NCBI GenBank assembly: GCA_001567545.1
Contig: LLZO01000084.1
Location: forward strand, 1 to 49,109
Direction of reading: 5' to 3'
Source: Candidatus Tepidiaquacellales bacterium OLB5
GTDB taxonomy: Bacteria > Bacteroidota > Ignavibacteria > Tepidaquicellales > OLB5
Length of the DNA: 49,109 bases
The notes under the pieces are model-generated. The model made no database searches, was not told the DNA's origin, and saw only the letters and a list, made by a program, of their open reading frames with translations. Below, piece after piece: positions 18,042 through 28,292 of the stretch. The translations under genes were made by a program, and so were the position numbers. Within the stretch, counting starts at the first letter, position 1, and each line of letters opens with the position of its first letter.

Positions 18042-19877
18042 ATGATCAAAAAGATTTCCATGTTTTTCCTGCTATTTGCAGCAATTGGATTGCTGATGAA
18101 TTTTACCTTCAAAAATTTCGGTGATAAAAAACATACAGTCTATCCAAATGTTGTAATAACCGGTTCAGAAACCCCGGTTGTTAACAGCACAAATCCGGTT
18201 ATCAGGACCACGAACGACCTGGATCCGATTTATTACACAGATTCTGTTCTCAGTCTTACAGATGTAAGAACAGGACCGGAAACCATTTATGACTTACAGT
18301 CAAATGGCGTTCCTCAGCAAATCTGGCAGGATCCTAATACACCTGGTAATATTCACTGTGTTTATACAGTTAATTTAACAACCGGATGGCCTGCAACTGA
18401 TAGAAGAGTTTATTATTGTTTCAGTTCAGATTACGGTGCTACATGGCAGGATTTAGGTGCAAACCCGCCTACAGGCAGCAATGGTTTCGGTTTCTGCAGC
18501 GGTTTATCTGATGGTACAGCTATTATCGGCGGTCATACAGATTTTGGTTCAGCACCTGTAAGGCTTCAGGTTTTTGCTGATGTTGCTCCGGGTGCAGGTA
18601 CTTTCACCCAGCTTGATCCCGGTCAGAATCCTTTTAATGCATTGCAGAATATCTGGGGAAGAATTCAGCCTACATCAAGTTTATCAAATTCTACAAAATT
18701 TGTTGTAATGGGTTCAGTAAACTCCACAGCATTGGATACAGTTACTTCCTTTAACCGCGGCTTAAGCGTAACTTCAGCATCTTATTCCGGTTTCGTAAGA
18801 GATATGAATATTGCTAATGCTGAAACATACAGCTTCTCAAGAGGCAGCGACGGAAGAATTGGCTGCGTTTATGTTGCAAATGATAATGTAATTACTTCAA
18901 ATTCAGGAAAAGTTTATTACATGTATTCAACTGATGATGGTGCTACATGGTCAACACCGGTTCTGGTTTGGAATCCTCCGGTATATGTTGATGGCGTATT
19001 TGGCTGCTTAAGAGGTGTTACAATGACTTATGTTGGAACAACTCCGAAAGTTGCATTTGAATTACTTGGTATTACAGCAACTGGTTATTATCCCGGTTTA
19101 AGAGCTGCAATTGGTTTCTGGGCACCTGATGTAAACGGCGGAAATGCAGTTGTTACACCGTTTGACTCAACCTGGTCACAGAATGGTAATGGCGGCGCAA
19201 CAGATGTTATGACATCAATTTGCAGACCTTCTATTGCCAGGTCACAGGACGGTCAGCTTTTAATGATGGCATTCGGCGTATCAAGAGCTGATACAGATGC
19301 AATAGGTTCACATTATTATGATGTTTACTTAACTACTTCAACAAACGGCGGCGCTAACTGGAAATTCCCGCCGACTAGATTAACAAATCTTTCAGCTCCG
19401 TTAAGAGATAACAGATTTGCCAACTTATCCCCGACAAATGATCTGACTGGCGGATATTATTATGCAAATCTTGTTTACCAGTCAGATTCAGTTGCAGGCA
19501 GCGTAACACAAACACCTCCTGCAGCAGAATCACTCGCAAAACAGAGATTTATTCGTGTAAGATTTGATCCTTCAACAATTGGTATTACAAATATCAGCAA
19601 CGAAGTACCTGCAAGGTTCTCTCTTGAGCAGAATTATCCGAATCCGTTTAATCCTGTTACCAAGATAAGATTCTCAGTACCAAAAGCTTCACTTGTTACA
19701 CTTGAAGTTTATGATGTAACAGGAAGATTGGTTGCTACACTGGCTAAAAATGAATCAGTAACTGCCGGTATAAAGGAAGTTGAATTTAATGCATCAAACT
19801 TCCCGAGCGGAGTATACTTCTATTCACTGAAATCAGGTGATTTTACTACTACCAAAAAGATGGTGTTAGTGAAGTAA
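18042..19877 (+). CDS. BNR/sialidase-like beta-propeller protein with T9SS C-terminal sorting domain (paralogue 1)
   Basis: 611-aa ORF with a signal peptide. BNR motifs SSDYGATW, STDDGATW, STNGGANW. CTD is EQNYPNPFNPVTKIRF...GVYFYSL...KKMVLVK (19605-19874). Confidence 0.8.
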   Translation: MIKKISMFFLLFAAIGLLMNFTFKNFGDKKHTVYPNVVITGSETPVVNSTNPVIRTTNDLDPIYYTDSVLSLTDVRTGPETIYDLQSNGVPQQIWQDPNTPGNIHCVYTVNLTTGWPATDRRVYYCFSSDYGATWQDLGANPPTGSNGFGFCSGLSDGTAIIGGHTDFGSAPVRLQVFADVAPGAGTFTQLDPGQNPFNALQNIWGRIQPTSSLSNSTKFVVMGSVNSTALDTVTSFNRGLSVTSASYSGFVRDMNIANAETYSFSRGSDGRIGCVYVANDNVITSNSGKVYYMYSTDDGATWSTPVLVWNPPVYVDGVFGCLRGVTMTYVGTTPKVAFELLGITATGYYPGLRAAIGFWAPDVNGGNAVVTPFDSTWSQNGNGGATDVMTSICRPSIARSQDGQLLMMAFGVSRADTDAIGSHYYDVYLTTSTNGGANWKFPPTRLTNLSAPLRDNRFANLSPTNDLTGGYYYANLVYQSDSVAGSVTQTPPAAESLAKQRFIRVRFDPSTIGITNISNEVPARFSLEQNYPNPFNPVTKIRFSVPKASLVTLEVYDVTGRLVATLAKNESVTAGIKEVEFNASNFPSGVYFYSLKSGDFTTTKKMVLVK

Positions 19878-19896
19878 TTTTAGATTTAACAAATTC

Positions 19897-19928
19897 AAAA
19901 AGGGGCAATCAAATTTGCCCCTTTTTTT
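19897..19928 (+). terminator. Rho-independent terminator
   Basis: GGGGCAA (19902-19908) pairs with TTGCCCC (19915-19921) around a 6-nt loop. It is followed by T7 and preceded by A5. Confidence 0.85.
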
Positions 19929-19994
19929 ATATTTTAAGCATTATTAAAGTCAATGCCTGAATTTGTGGTCTATTAATAATTTCTTAATTTATAC

Positions 19995-20023
19995 TTGACT
20001 TCATTTTTTAATTGTATTATATT
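19995..20023 (+). promoter_or_regulatory. Putative sigma70-type promoter for BNR paralogue 2
   Basis: TTGACT (19995-20000), a 17-nt spacer, then TATATT (20018-20023), 41 nt upstream of the ATG. Confidence 0.5.
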
Positions 20024-20063
20024 TATTTCAAATTTATTGTATAATTAACAAATTCGGAACATT

Positions 20064-21938
20064 ATGTTCAAAAAGTTTACAATATTATTTGCAGTAATAT
20101 TTTTAACGGGGGTACTCTATTCGCAAAACAGCAATTATACTAGATTACCCAAACATTTACAGTATAAAGATGAAACAGTTAAGGATTTCAGGTTTTCATT
20201 CTATAAAAATGCAAACGAGATCCCTGCTCCGTTTCTATTAGTCCCTTCCAATGCAGTGCCTGGTATGGTCGGTTTTTCTGATTATGCCACTAACGGTAAC
20301 ACTTTAAATATGATTGTTTCAAAAGGAGATACAGTTGTTGTATCTATGGTTTATTTGGATTCTGCTGAAGCACAAAATGCAAATGGCGGTAATAGCGTTA
20401 GAATTGCTTACAATTATAGTGTAAATAATGCTTCAGCTTGGGAATCACCTGATAGATTTGATCTGACAGCTACAAAAAGCAGATGGCCTGATTTATTCTT
20501 TCTGAATACTCCTGCGGGTTTAACAATTGGTTCAGGCGGAAGGTTATGGAGCGCACCAACATTAAGAGCAGGAGGAATAGCAATTGATGTAGTTCTTGGA
20601 GCTGCAACCGGTACTACTTATATTTTACCGGGAACCGGGCAGGCTGGAAATACAGATTACTTTATAGACAGAATAAATAATAACCAGGTTGCTGGTGTTT
20701 GGCAGAGAAACGATACAATATATTATCAGGGGTTTAGTACTGTTTCAAATACTTTTGGCAACAGGGTTTTTGTTTACAGAACTGCAAATTCCAATACTGT
20801 TGCATCATATGATGTTTATGCATCTCCAAACGGAAGTACACTTGCCTGTTTTTATAATTTTGTAAACGAAAGCATAGCTAATGGAGGAGAAGGTCCGCCC
20901 GTATTCAGATACCAGAAATCAACTGATAATGGTGCAACATGGACCACTCCTGTAAAGATTCTCAGTAATTATATGATAAGCGGTGATTCTGCTGAATCAT
21001 ATTGGCATCAGGATGCAGCATTTAAACCCGGAACACAGGATCCGTATCTGGTATTCACAACTGTACCCCCAATTCAATATGGAAATTGGAATCCTGGCGG
21101 ATCCCTTTTAGATTCAAACAGAAAAGGATATAATGTCTGTATATGGAGTCCGAACCTGAATGGCGGAAATCCTGTTAGAATTGCAAGTTACCTGAATGTT
21201 GACGTACTTTCTGATACTAATTTATTTAAAGAAGTAACAAGATTGCGCACAATACAGGGTACTTTAAGATTTGCATACCAGGTTAATTCAAGTATAGTTG
21301 GTAAGCCTTCTATAGGGTTCTCAGATGATGGTTCTGTAATACACGTAGCATTTGAAGTTGCAAGACCTGATACATCATCAGAAGGCTTCAATTTCTTTGA
21401 TATTTTTACTACTAAGTCTACTGACGGAGGAACGACATGGTCTACTCCTCAAAATATTACTAATACAACATCAGAGGATGAAATGTATCCGTCTGTTTCC
21501 AAATCCGGCAATACCGCTACTGGATTAAAATTAGTATATCAAAGTACATCGGCACCAGGATGCCAGGGTTTTGGAGTTAATAATACTATTGAAAGTCAGA
21601 TTATAGCACCGGTTTATTTATGTTATTATTCATCTGTTATAGGTATTATTAATATCGGGACTGAAATTCCAAAAGGATACAGCTTACAGCAAAATTATCC
21701 AAATCCGTTCAATCCAGAAACTTCAATTAGATTTAATTTGCCCAGCCAAAGCAATGTTGAATTGAAAGTATTTGATATTACTGGCAGGGTGGTAACTACT
21801 TTGGTAAATAACGAAATTGTAGCTCCCGGAATAAAAGAGGTAAAATTTAATGCATCAAATCTGGCAAGCGGAATATATTTTTATTCTATTAAAGCCGGAA
21901 GTTTTACAGATACTAAAAAAATGATTCTTGTAAAATAA
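20064..21938 (+). CDS. BNR/sialidase-like beta-propeller protein with T9SS C-terminal sorting domain (paralogue 2)
   Basis: 624-aa ORF with a signal peptide. BNR motifs STDNGATW and STDGGTTW. CTD is QQNYPNPFNPETSIRF...GIYFYSI...KKMILVK (21666-21935), closely similar to paralogue 1. Confidence 0.8.
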   Translation: MFKKFTILFAVIFLTGVLYSQNSNYTRLPKHLQYKDETVKDFRFSFYKNANEIPAPFLLVPSNAVPGMVGFSDYATNGNTLNMIVSKGDTVVVSMVYLDSAEAQNANGGNSVRIAYNYSVNNASAWESPDRFDLTATKSRWPDLFFLNTPAGLTIGSGGRLWSAPTLRAGGIAIDVVLGAATGTTYILPGTGQAGNTDYFIDRINNNQVAGVWQRNDTIYYQGFSTVSNTFGNRVFVYRTANSNTVASYDVYASPNGSTLACFYNFVNESIANGGEGPPVFRYQKSTDNGATWTTPVKILSNYMISGDSAESYWHQDAAFKPGTQDPYLVFTTVPPIQYGNWNPGGSLLDSNRKGYNVCIWSPNLNGGNPVRIASYLNVDVLSDTNLFKEVTRLRTIQGTLRFAYQVNSSIVGKPSIGFSDDGSVIHVAFEVARPDTSSEGFNFFDIFTTKSTDGGTTWSTPQNITNTTSEDEMYPSVSKSGNTATGLKLVYQSTSAPGCQGFGVNNTIESQIIAPVYLCYYSSVIGIINIGTEIPKGYSLQQNYPNPFNPETSIRFNLPSQSNVELKVFDITGRVVTTLVNNEIVAPGIKEVKFNASNLASGIYFYSIKAGSFTDTKKMILVK

Positions 21939-21953
21939 TATATTTAACAAATT

Positions 21954-21981
21954 GAGTCCCGGAAAATTCGGGACTCTTTTT
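21954..21981 (+). terminator. Rho-independent terminator
   Basis: GAGTCCCG (21954-21961) pairs with CGGGACTC (21969-21976), followed by T5. Confidence 0.85.
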
Positions 21982-22003
21982 AAACAAATCGGAGGTAATA
22001 TTA

Positions 22004-24947
22004 ATGAGGCTATTTAACCATTTCTTTTTAGCCCTTCTTCTTGTATCTGCTTTTACTGCGGCAGACCTTTTTTCTCAAACAACCGGAAAGATTTCCGGGG
22101 TTGTAAGAGATGATAAAGGGGAACTTTTGATCGGAGCCAGGGTCGAAATTGAGGGAACTCAATTAAGAAGCGGAACCGATGAAAACGGTCAGTATGCAAT
22201 TCTAAATGTACCGGTCGGTACATATTCTGTAAAATGTACGTATGTAGGGTATGATTCCCAGGTTCAGTCTAATATCAGCGTTAGTGTTGGTATCACATCT
22301 AATGTCGATTTTACTATGAGCATTGGAGGGATTTCTATAGATACTACAGTTATAATTGCAAAAAGAAAAACAATAGATAACGGAAGCGGTAAAATCATCG
22401 GTTCTGAATTTATTGAAAATACCGGTATTAAAGGTATTGAAAATATTGTTGCTAAAACCAGCGGTGTTGTTCAGGACGAAAAAGGTCAGAATATCAACAT
22501 CAGGGGCGGCAGAACAGGTGAAACTCAAATTATCATCGATGGTATTGTTACCAATAATCCGCTCGACAGGGGTTCTACGGCTAACGTATCAAACAGCGCA
22601 CTGCAGGAATTATCAGTACTTACCGGCGGTTTCAGCGCTGAATACGGCAACGTTCTTAGCGGTGTTATTAATGTAACAACTAAATCTGCTCAGTCAAATT
22701 ATACAGGGTCGGTTGAAATTGTTTCAGATGTTATAGCCGGCGACTATATTAACACTAAATCACAGGGATATAACATTTACAGCGTTACATTAGGCGGACC
22801 TGTTATCCCAACAAAGAATTTAAAGAAAGTATGGTCGCTGTACGGAAGTTTTGAAAGAGATTTCTATCTGGTAGATCAGCCGGTAAGCCAGGATGTAGCA
22901 GAGCTTTGGGCCGAAGACGGAATTCTTCCAAACTTTTCAAGAAGCGGTTATAATTATACCGGCAAGACTATAATTAGTATCAGCGAGCTTACCAAAGGTA
23001 AATTTAATATGACATTAACCGGTGGATTTTTCGGAAACGAAGAAACATCCAGGATATGGACCGGTTCATTTGGTAAATTCAATTCTTATCACAATCCGCT
23101 TGTAAAAAGCGATAATAAGCAGGGTTATTTAAAGATAAACCAGCTTTTCGGTTCAAAAACGTTTTTATGATCTGCAGGCTTCCTATTTAAGATCAGATTA
23201 TAAAAGAGGTGATGGTGTATTTTTTGTAGATGAATTGGTTCCAAGTTTACCAGGAAAAGACGGATATATGTATCCTTCAATTATTGCTTATGGCGATACC
23301 AATACAGTTCCCGGAATTTCCGGACCTGGCGGAACAGTATCTTCAGCTGCTAATTTCAGGGTATTCAGAGCCCCCGGTACTGTCAGCGGTACATATGAAA
23401 AACAGCAGACTACTGCATTATCTTTTAACCTGAATTTTACACACCAGATTTTAACAAAAAAATATGGTAATCATGAAATAAAATTCGGCGGTGAATACAA
23501 ACAGTTTAAAGTAAGAAATTATCTTGCCAATGTTATCGGGTTTGGTTCTTTGCCTAATCCAAATAAATATGGTTCAGGTAATGTTGTTAATTATCCTGTT
23601 ATAGATGAAAATGCAGCAAATTCTAACTTTATGGATGCTTACGGATATGATGTATATGGTAATGAAATTGAAGAAGATTACATTGTAAACGGATTAAATG
23701 TTACAGAAGGACCTAAAAAACCCAGAATAGGCGCATTCTATTTCTTAGATAAAATGGAATTCAGCTATTTTAATACAAATATAGGTGTAAGGGTTGATTA
23801 TATGGATCCTAATACATTAGTACCATATGATTATGAGAATTTAAAGGGACCTGATGGTGTTTTAAATGAGGCTGACTACACAACTGTTGAAAAAACAATT
23901 GAAGTAAGTCCAAGACTCGGATTCTCATTCCCCATCACAGAAAAAACAGTATTCCATGCTCAATACGGAAAATTCCTGCAGCTTCCTGCTTTAGAAAATC
24001 TTTATCAGAACCAGAGGGTTTTGAGAGACCTGGCAGATGGCGGCGTAGGTTATTTTACAGTATTCAACAATCCGTTATTAAAACCCGAAAGAACGACTGC
24101 ATATGAGCTTGGTTTAAAACATTCTGCAGGAGATTATGTTACTTTAGGTCTTACTGCATTTTACAAAGAAACATCTGATTTGATCCAGGCTAGAAACATA
24201 AAAGCTCAGGATAATTCATACAGTTTTGCTATATATGATAATGGAGACTTTGGTATTGTAAGAGGTGTTGATTTCAGTCTGGATTTAAGAAGGATCAACA
24301 GACTTCGTGCAACAATTTCTTACAGTTTATCATTTGCATCCGGTACCGGTTCAGATATAAACAGTCAGAGTAATATTGCTTATAATGGCGATGAAGTGCC
24401 GAAGATTCCAACTGCATTAGACTATGACCAGAGACATACAGGTTCAATTGAGCTTGATTACAGGTGGGGAACTTCAGATGTTCCCAAAGGTTTCTGGGGC
24501 GGCGTACTTTCAAGATTAGGAATAAATGCTCTGTTCAGCTTTAACAGCGGAAGACCATATACTCCATCTTTGAATTCATATGATGTTCTTCAGGTAGTTA
24601 CATCACCGGGCGGAAATACTCCTGTTGCACCGCTTAATTCAGCATATTCGCCATGGAACATAAGACTTGATCTGAAATTAGATAAATCAATCAAGATCTT
24701 TGATAAATTGAATGCTAATATTTATATTTTAGCAATCAATGTACTTGATCAGGAACTGATTAACGATGTATTCCCAACTTCCGGTGAACCTGGATATACA
24801 GGATTTTTAGATAGTTTCCCGGGTAAACAGTGGGCCCAGTCAGTAGGACAGCAGGGTGTTGACTTATATAACATCAGGTCACATGCAATAGGTAATTACG
24901 GTCCGCCAAGACAGGTTAGGCTCGGATTCAGATTATTCTTTAACTAA
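22004..24947 (+). pseudogene. TonB-dependent-receptor-like outer-membrane barrel (CarboxypepD_reg-like N-domain + plug + barrel), split by a 1-nt frameshift at about 23162-23166
   Basis: ORFs 22004-23170 and 23235-24947 are two parts of one protein. The second frame is open back to 23142 and reads ..FYDLQASYLRSDYKRGDGVFF.. with no start codon. Removing one T from the T5 run gives a continuous ..GSKTFYDLQASY.. and 2943 nt (980 aa). The N-terminus GKISGVVRDDKGELLIGARVEIEG..GQYAILNVPVGTYSVKCTYVGY is carboxypeptidase-regulatory-like. A GGAGG sits 11 nt before the ATG. Confidence 0.8.
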
Positions 24948-24967
24948 CTATCGGAGTGTTAATAAAT

Positions 24968-27900
24968 ATGAAAAAAATAAATTTTAAATTAATTTTGATA
25001 ATATTCATCGGACTGATATTTTCTTTACCGGTGAATGATCTTGCTGCAAAAGAAAGGAAGGGGTACTCTCCGGTCAGAATGAACGCGGGGGTTACCAATA
25101 ATTTTCTGCAGGTAAACAACATTAATGCAATTTTCAGAAGTGATGGTTATTTTAATTACGATAAGATCAACTTCTTAAACGGAGATGCAGGAATGATTTG
25201 GCCTGTATCTGCAGCACAAAGACAAACCGCAATATTTACTACAGGTATTTACATTGGCGCAAAAGTTAATGGCGAATTAAGATTAGCTGCATCAATGTTT
25301 AATACACATTTTTCCCCTGGAAATATTCCTGTTGTAGGTGAGGTCCCGGGTTCATCAGTATGTTCTGATCCCAGGCTTAAAAATTACCAGGTAAATCTGA
25401 CTGACCCTTCTTTAGTAAGCGGAGGTACAAGAGTTAAAAATGCAGGCGGCAGAGATTATACTATTGTGTATGATTCATGGGCAAGCTGGCCGGTTGATCT
25501 TGGAGCGCCATACGTTGAAGTAAACGGTATTCCGGGATATCAGCCTGAATTTGATGGTGATAGACCCGGTATTGGCAACAGTGCCGCACGACCTGATGAA
25601 ATAATCTGGTGTGTTTTTATGGATTACACCAATTGTACTAATAATCAGCATGCTTCAGAGTTATCTTTGCCGGGCGGTACTCTGCCAATTGGAGCTGAAG
25701 TTCAGCAAACTTCATTTGCATTTCTTGCCCCGGGTTTAACAAATATGTATTTTGTTAAATGGAAGATCATTAACAAAAGCAACAATACGTGGGATAGTAC
25801 TTTTACAGCTATAGCGTGCGACCCGGATCTTGGTGATGCAGGTGATGATGCTGTTGGATGCGATTCTACTCAGGATATTGCTTTCTGTTATAACCAGGAT
25901 AATGTAGATGTAATTTACGGCGCAGCGCCGCCTGCTGTTGGATTCAAGTATTTGCAAAGTCCTATTGTTTATACGGGAAATCCAAATGATACAGTTAAGC
26001 TTCCTTATGAAATTTTAGTTGGATACAGGGCTGTTGGTTTATCATTATTTACTACTTTTTTAAACGGTCAAAATGAATGTTTAGGTGATCCGGATCAGGC
26101 AATTCATGCATATAATTTTATGAAATATGGTGAAGGCTGCGCAAACCCATTGATTAACTGGACTACAGGCGGCCCTTCAAAGTATAAATATAATGGTGAC
26201 TTATGCGGACCAACCCCGGCAGGCTGGTATGATAGTATCCCAGGAGATAAAAGATTCCTGCAGGTAAGTGGTCCTTTTACTATGAATTCACAGGATACCC
26301 AGATCATTGTTATCGGAGCTTTTATTGAAAGAGGTGCAAACAACTTTCAGAGCGTTTGCGCATTACTTGAATCAGGAGACAGAGTTCAAAAATTCTATAC
26401 TTCTAACTTTGCTGCAACACCATTACCACCGGCACCTCAGGTTAATGTTGTTGCAAACGGTGACGGAAAAATTGTTTTATACTGGGGTTCCAGGTCTGAA
26501 TCATATGATGTTTATGATTCTCTCGGACAAACAGGTTCATGGAAATTCCAGGGATATAATATTTTCCAGATAAAACCGGGTACCTCTGGTGATAATGTAA
26601 ATGACAGGGTATTATTGGCTGTATATGATAAAATTGACGGTATAAAAATCGTAAGTGATACTGTTCGCGTTGCTCAGCCAAATGGTACAACACAGGATAT
26701 TTATCAGCCTGTTGCTTTTGGTAATGATAATGGTGTTAGCCGTATTATTTCATTAACCGCAAATCAATTTCCGACAGGGGCTAATAACTTCTTTGTAAAC
26801 GGAACATCGTACAGGTTTGCTGTTACTGCATACGGAGTAAACCTAAATGCAGGTAAACCATTTAAAGTGCTTGAAAATCCGGTTTCTTCTCAGCTTATTA
26901 ATGTAGTACCTAATTTCCCCATGATAGGAACAAACTTTATTAATAAGGCACTTGATACAATACCTATAAACAGACCGGACAGGGTTCTATTCCCAATAGT
27001 AATAGATCCATCGAAAGTTGTTTCAGCCAGGTATCAAATGGTTTGGTCTTCAGATAATACATGGAGAGTAGTTAGAATTCAAAATGCGCAGGTAGATACA
27101 ATTCTTGGCGATATGTCAGGAAAATCTATACTTGATAATAATGCTTATATAGCAGACGGAATTTTATGGAAAGCTGATACAATTTCGAAATTTATTTATG
27201 GTGTAATAAAAGATCCTTCCAGCACATCTCAATCAAGAAATCGCGGTTGGAATTATACAGGCGGAACTTTGAATTTAGCAGGAGCTGATACAGCCAGCTT
27301 AAGGGCTGCATTTACTACTTATGCACCTCCTCAGAGCATTTCTATGGGACTTAGCTGGCCATCCGGTTCAAATTACAGAAACGGATATTCTTCAAAGATA
27401 GATACAGCTGTATTCCTGAAAACCTCAGCTTTAAAAAATGTAAAAATTACATTTGGAACAACTCAAAAAGCTTACAGGTACAGAGGATTAGTAACAAATT
27501 CACCTTATCAGGATTATGTTGATGTTCCATTTAAAGTAGAAATAGATGATCCTCAGGATACAAACTCTACTGTTCCAAGGCAGGTAAATGTTGCTTTCTT
27601 TGACGGCGACAGCAGCGGAACGTGGAATCCAAAAGCAACCGGTGATGGTGGATTGGAAATGGTTTATATAATGTATTCAACTTACGATCCTAATCCAAAT
27701 ACTTTCTATACTACAAAGAATATCAGTTTTTCATCTGCGTTCAGGCAAATGGATATTCAGTATGTATGGACTCCTAAATTGCTTAATAATGGTCCTGCAT
27801 TTAATAACGGTGATGTACTGGAAATTATACCGTATACAAGACTGCAGTATCAGCAGTCGCCGGGTACAGTAACTGTTGTTGAAACAGGTAACACAAGTGC

Positions 27901-28258
27901 TCCGATAATTGGAAGCAATGAATTAGCTTCTCAAAGAGGTGAATTATCTCTGGTAAGGGTTGTTCCGAATCCGTATTATGGCGGACATGCTCAGGAAACA
28001 AGTCCGTTTGACAGGTTTGTTAAGTTCATGAATATGCCAAAACAGGCAACTATTTACATTTATTCACTTAACGGAAACCTGGTAAGACAGATAAACAAGG
28101 ACGACAACACAACTTCTATTAACTGGGATCTTCTGAATACAGACAGGATTCCGGTAGCCAGCGGTATATATATAGCATTTATAGATGCTCCGGGAATCGG
28201 AACAAGAACTATAAAACTGGCTATATTTACACCTCAGGAAAGAATAGATTCATTCTAA
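24968..28258 (+). CDS. Large secreted hypothetical protein (1096 aa) with a divergent CTD/FlgD-Ig-like C-terminal domain
   Basis: The ORF track gives a GTG at 24956. I prefer the ATG at 24968, which is preceded by GGAG (24953-24956). The signal peptide is MKKINFKLILIIFIGLIFSLPVNDLAA. No catalytic motif recognised. The C-terminus is VVPNPYYGG...ATIYIYSLNGNLV...ASGIYIAFI. Confidence 0.75.
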   Translation: MKKINFKLILIIFIGLIFSLPVNDLAAKERKGYSPVRMNAGVTNNFLQVNNINAIFRSDGYFNYDKINFLNGDAGMIWPVSAAQRQTAIFTTGIYIGAKVNGELRLAASMFNTHFSPGNIPVVGEVPGSSVCSDPRLKNYQVNLTDPSLVSGGTRVKNAGGRDYTIVYDSWASWPVDLGAPYVEVNGIPGYQPEFDGDRPGIGNSAARPDEIIWCVFMDYTNCTNNQHASELSLPGGTLPIGAEVQQTSFAFLAPGLTNMYFVKWKIINKSNNTWDSTFTAIACDPDLGDAGDDAVGCDSTQDIAFCYNQDNVDVIYGAAPPAVGFKYLQSPIVYTGNPNDTVKLPYEILVGYRAVGLSLFTTFLNGQNECLGDPDQAIHAYNFMKYGEGCANPLINWTTGGPSKYKYNGDLCGPTPAGWYDSIPGDKRFLQVSGPFTMNSQDTQIIVIGAFIERGANNFQSVCALLESGDRVQKFYTSNFAATPLPPAPQVNVVANGDGKIVLYWGSRSESYDVYDSLGQTGSWKFQGYNIFQIKPGTSGDNVNDRVLLAVYDKIDGIKIVSDTVRVAQPNGTTQDIYQPVAFGNDNGVSRIISLTANQFPTGANNFFVNGTSYRFAVTAYGVNLNAGKPFKVLENPVSSQLINVVPNFPMIGTNFINKALDTIPINRPDRVLFPIVIDPSKVVSARYQMVWSSDNTWRVVRIQNAQVDTILGDMSGKSILDNNAYIADGILWKADTISKFIYGVIKDPSSTSQSRNRGWNYTGGTLNLAGADTASLRAAFTTYAPPQSISMGLSWPSGSNYRNGYSSKIDTAVFLKTSALKNVKITFGTTQKAYRYRGLVTNSPYQDYVDVPFKVEIDDPQDTNSTVPRQVNVAFFDGDSSGTWNPKATGDGGLEMVYIMYSTYDPNPNTFYTTKNISFSSAFRQMDIQYVWTPKLLNNGPAFNNGDVLEIIPYTRLQYQQSPGTVTVVETGNTSAPIIGSNELASQRGELSLVRVVPNPYYGGHAQETSPFDRFVKFMNMPKQATIYIYSLNGNLVRQINKDDNTTSINWDLLNTDRIPVASGIYIAFIDAPGIGTRTIKLAIFTPQERIDSF

Positions 28259-28292
28259 ACAGTAAAGTAATAAATCAATAAGGAGCTAAAAA

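Noticed and set aside
23142-23240. Programmed ribosomal frameshift in the TBDR-like gene
   Set aside because: There is no canonical slippery heptamer or downstream stimulatory structure. Five other homopolymer-associated breaks in unrelated genes make a technical indel the simpler explanation.
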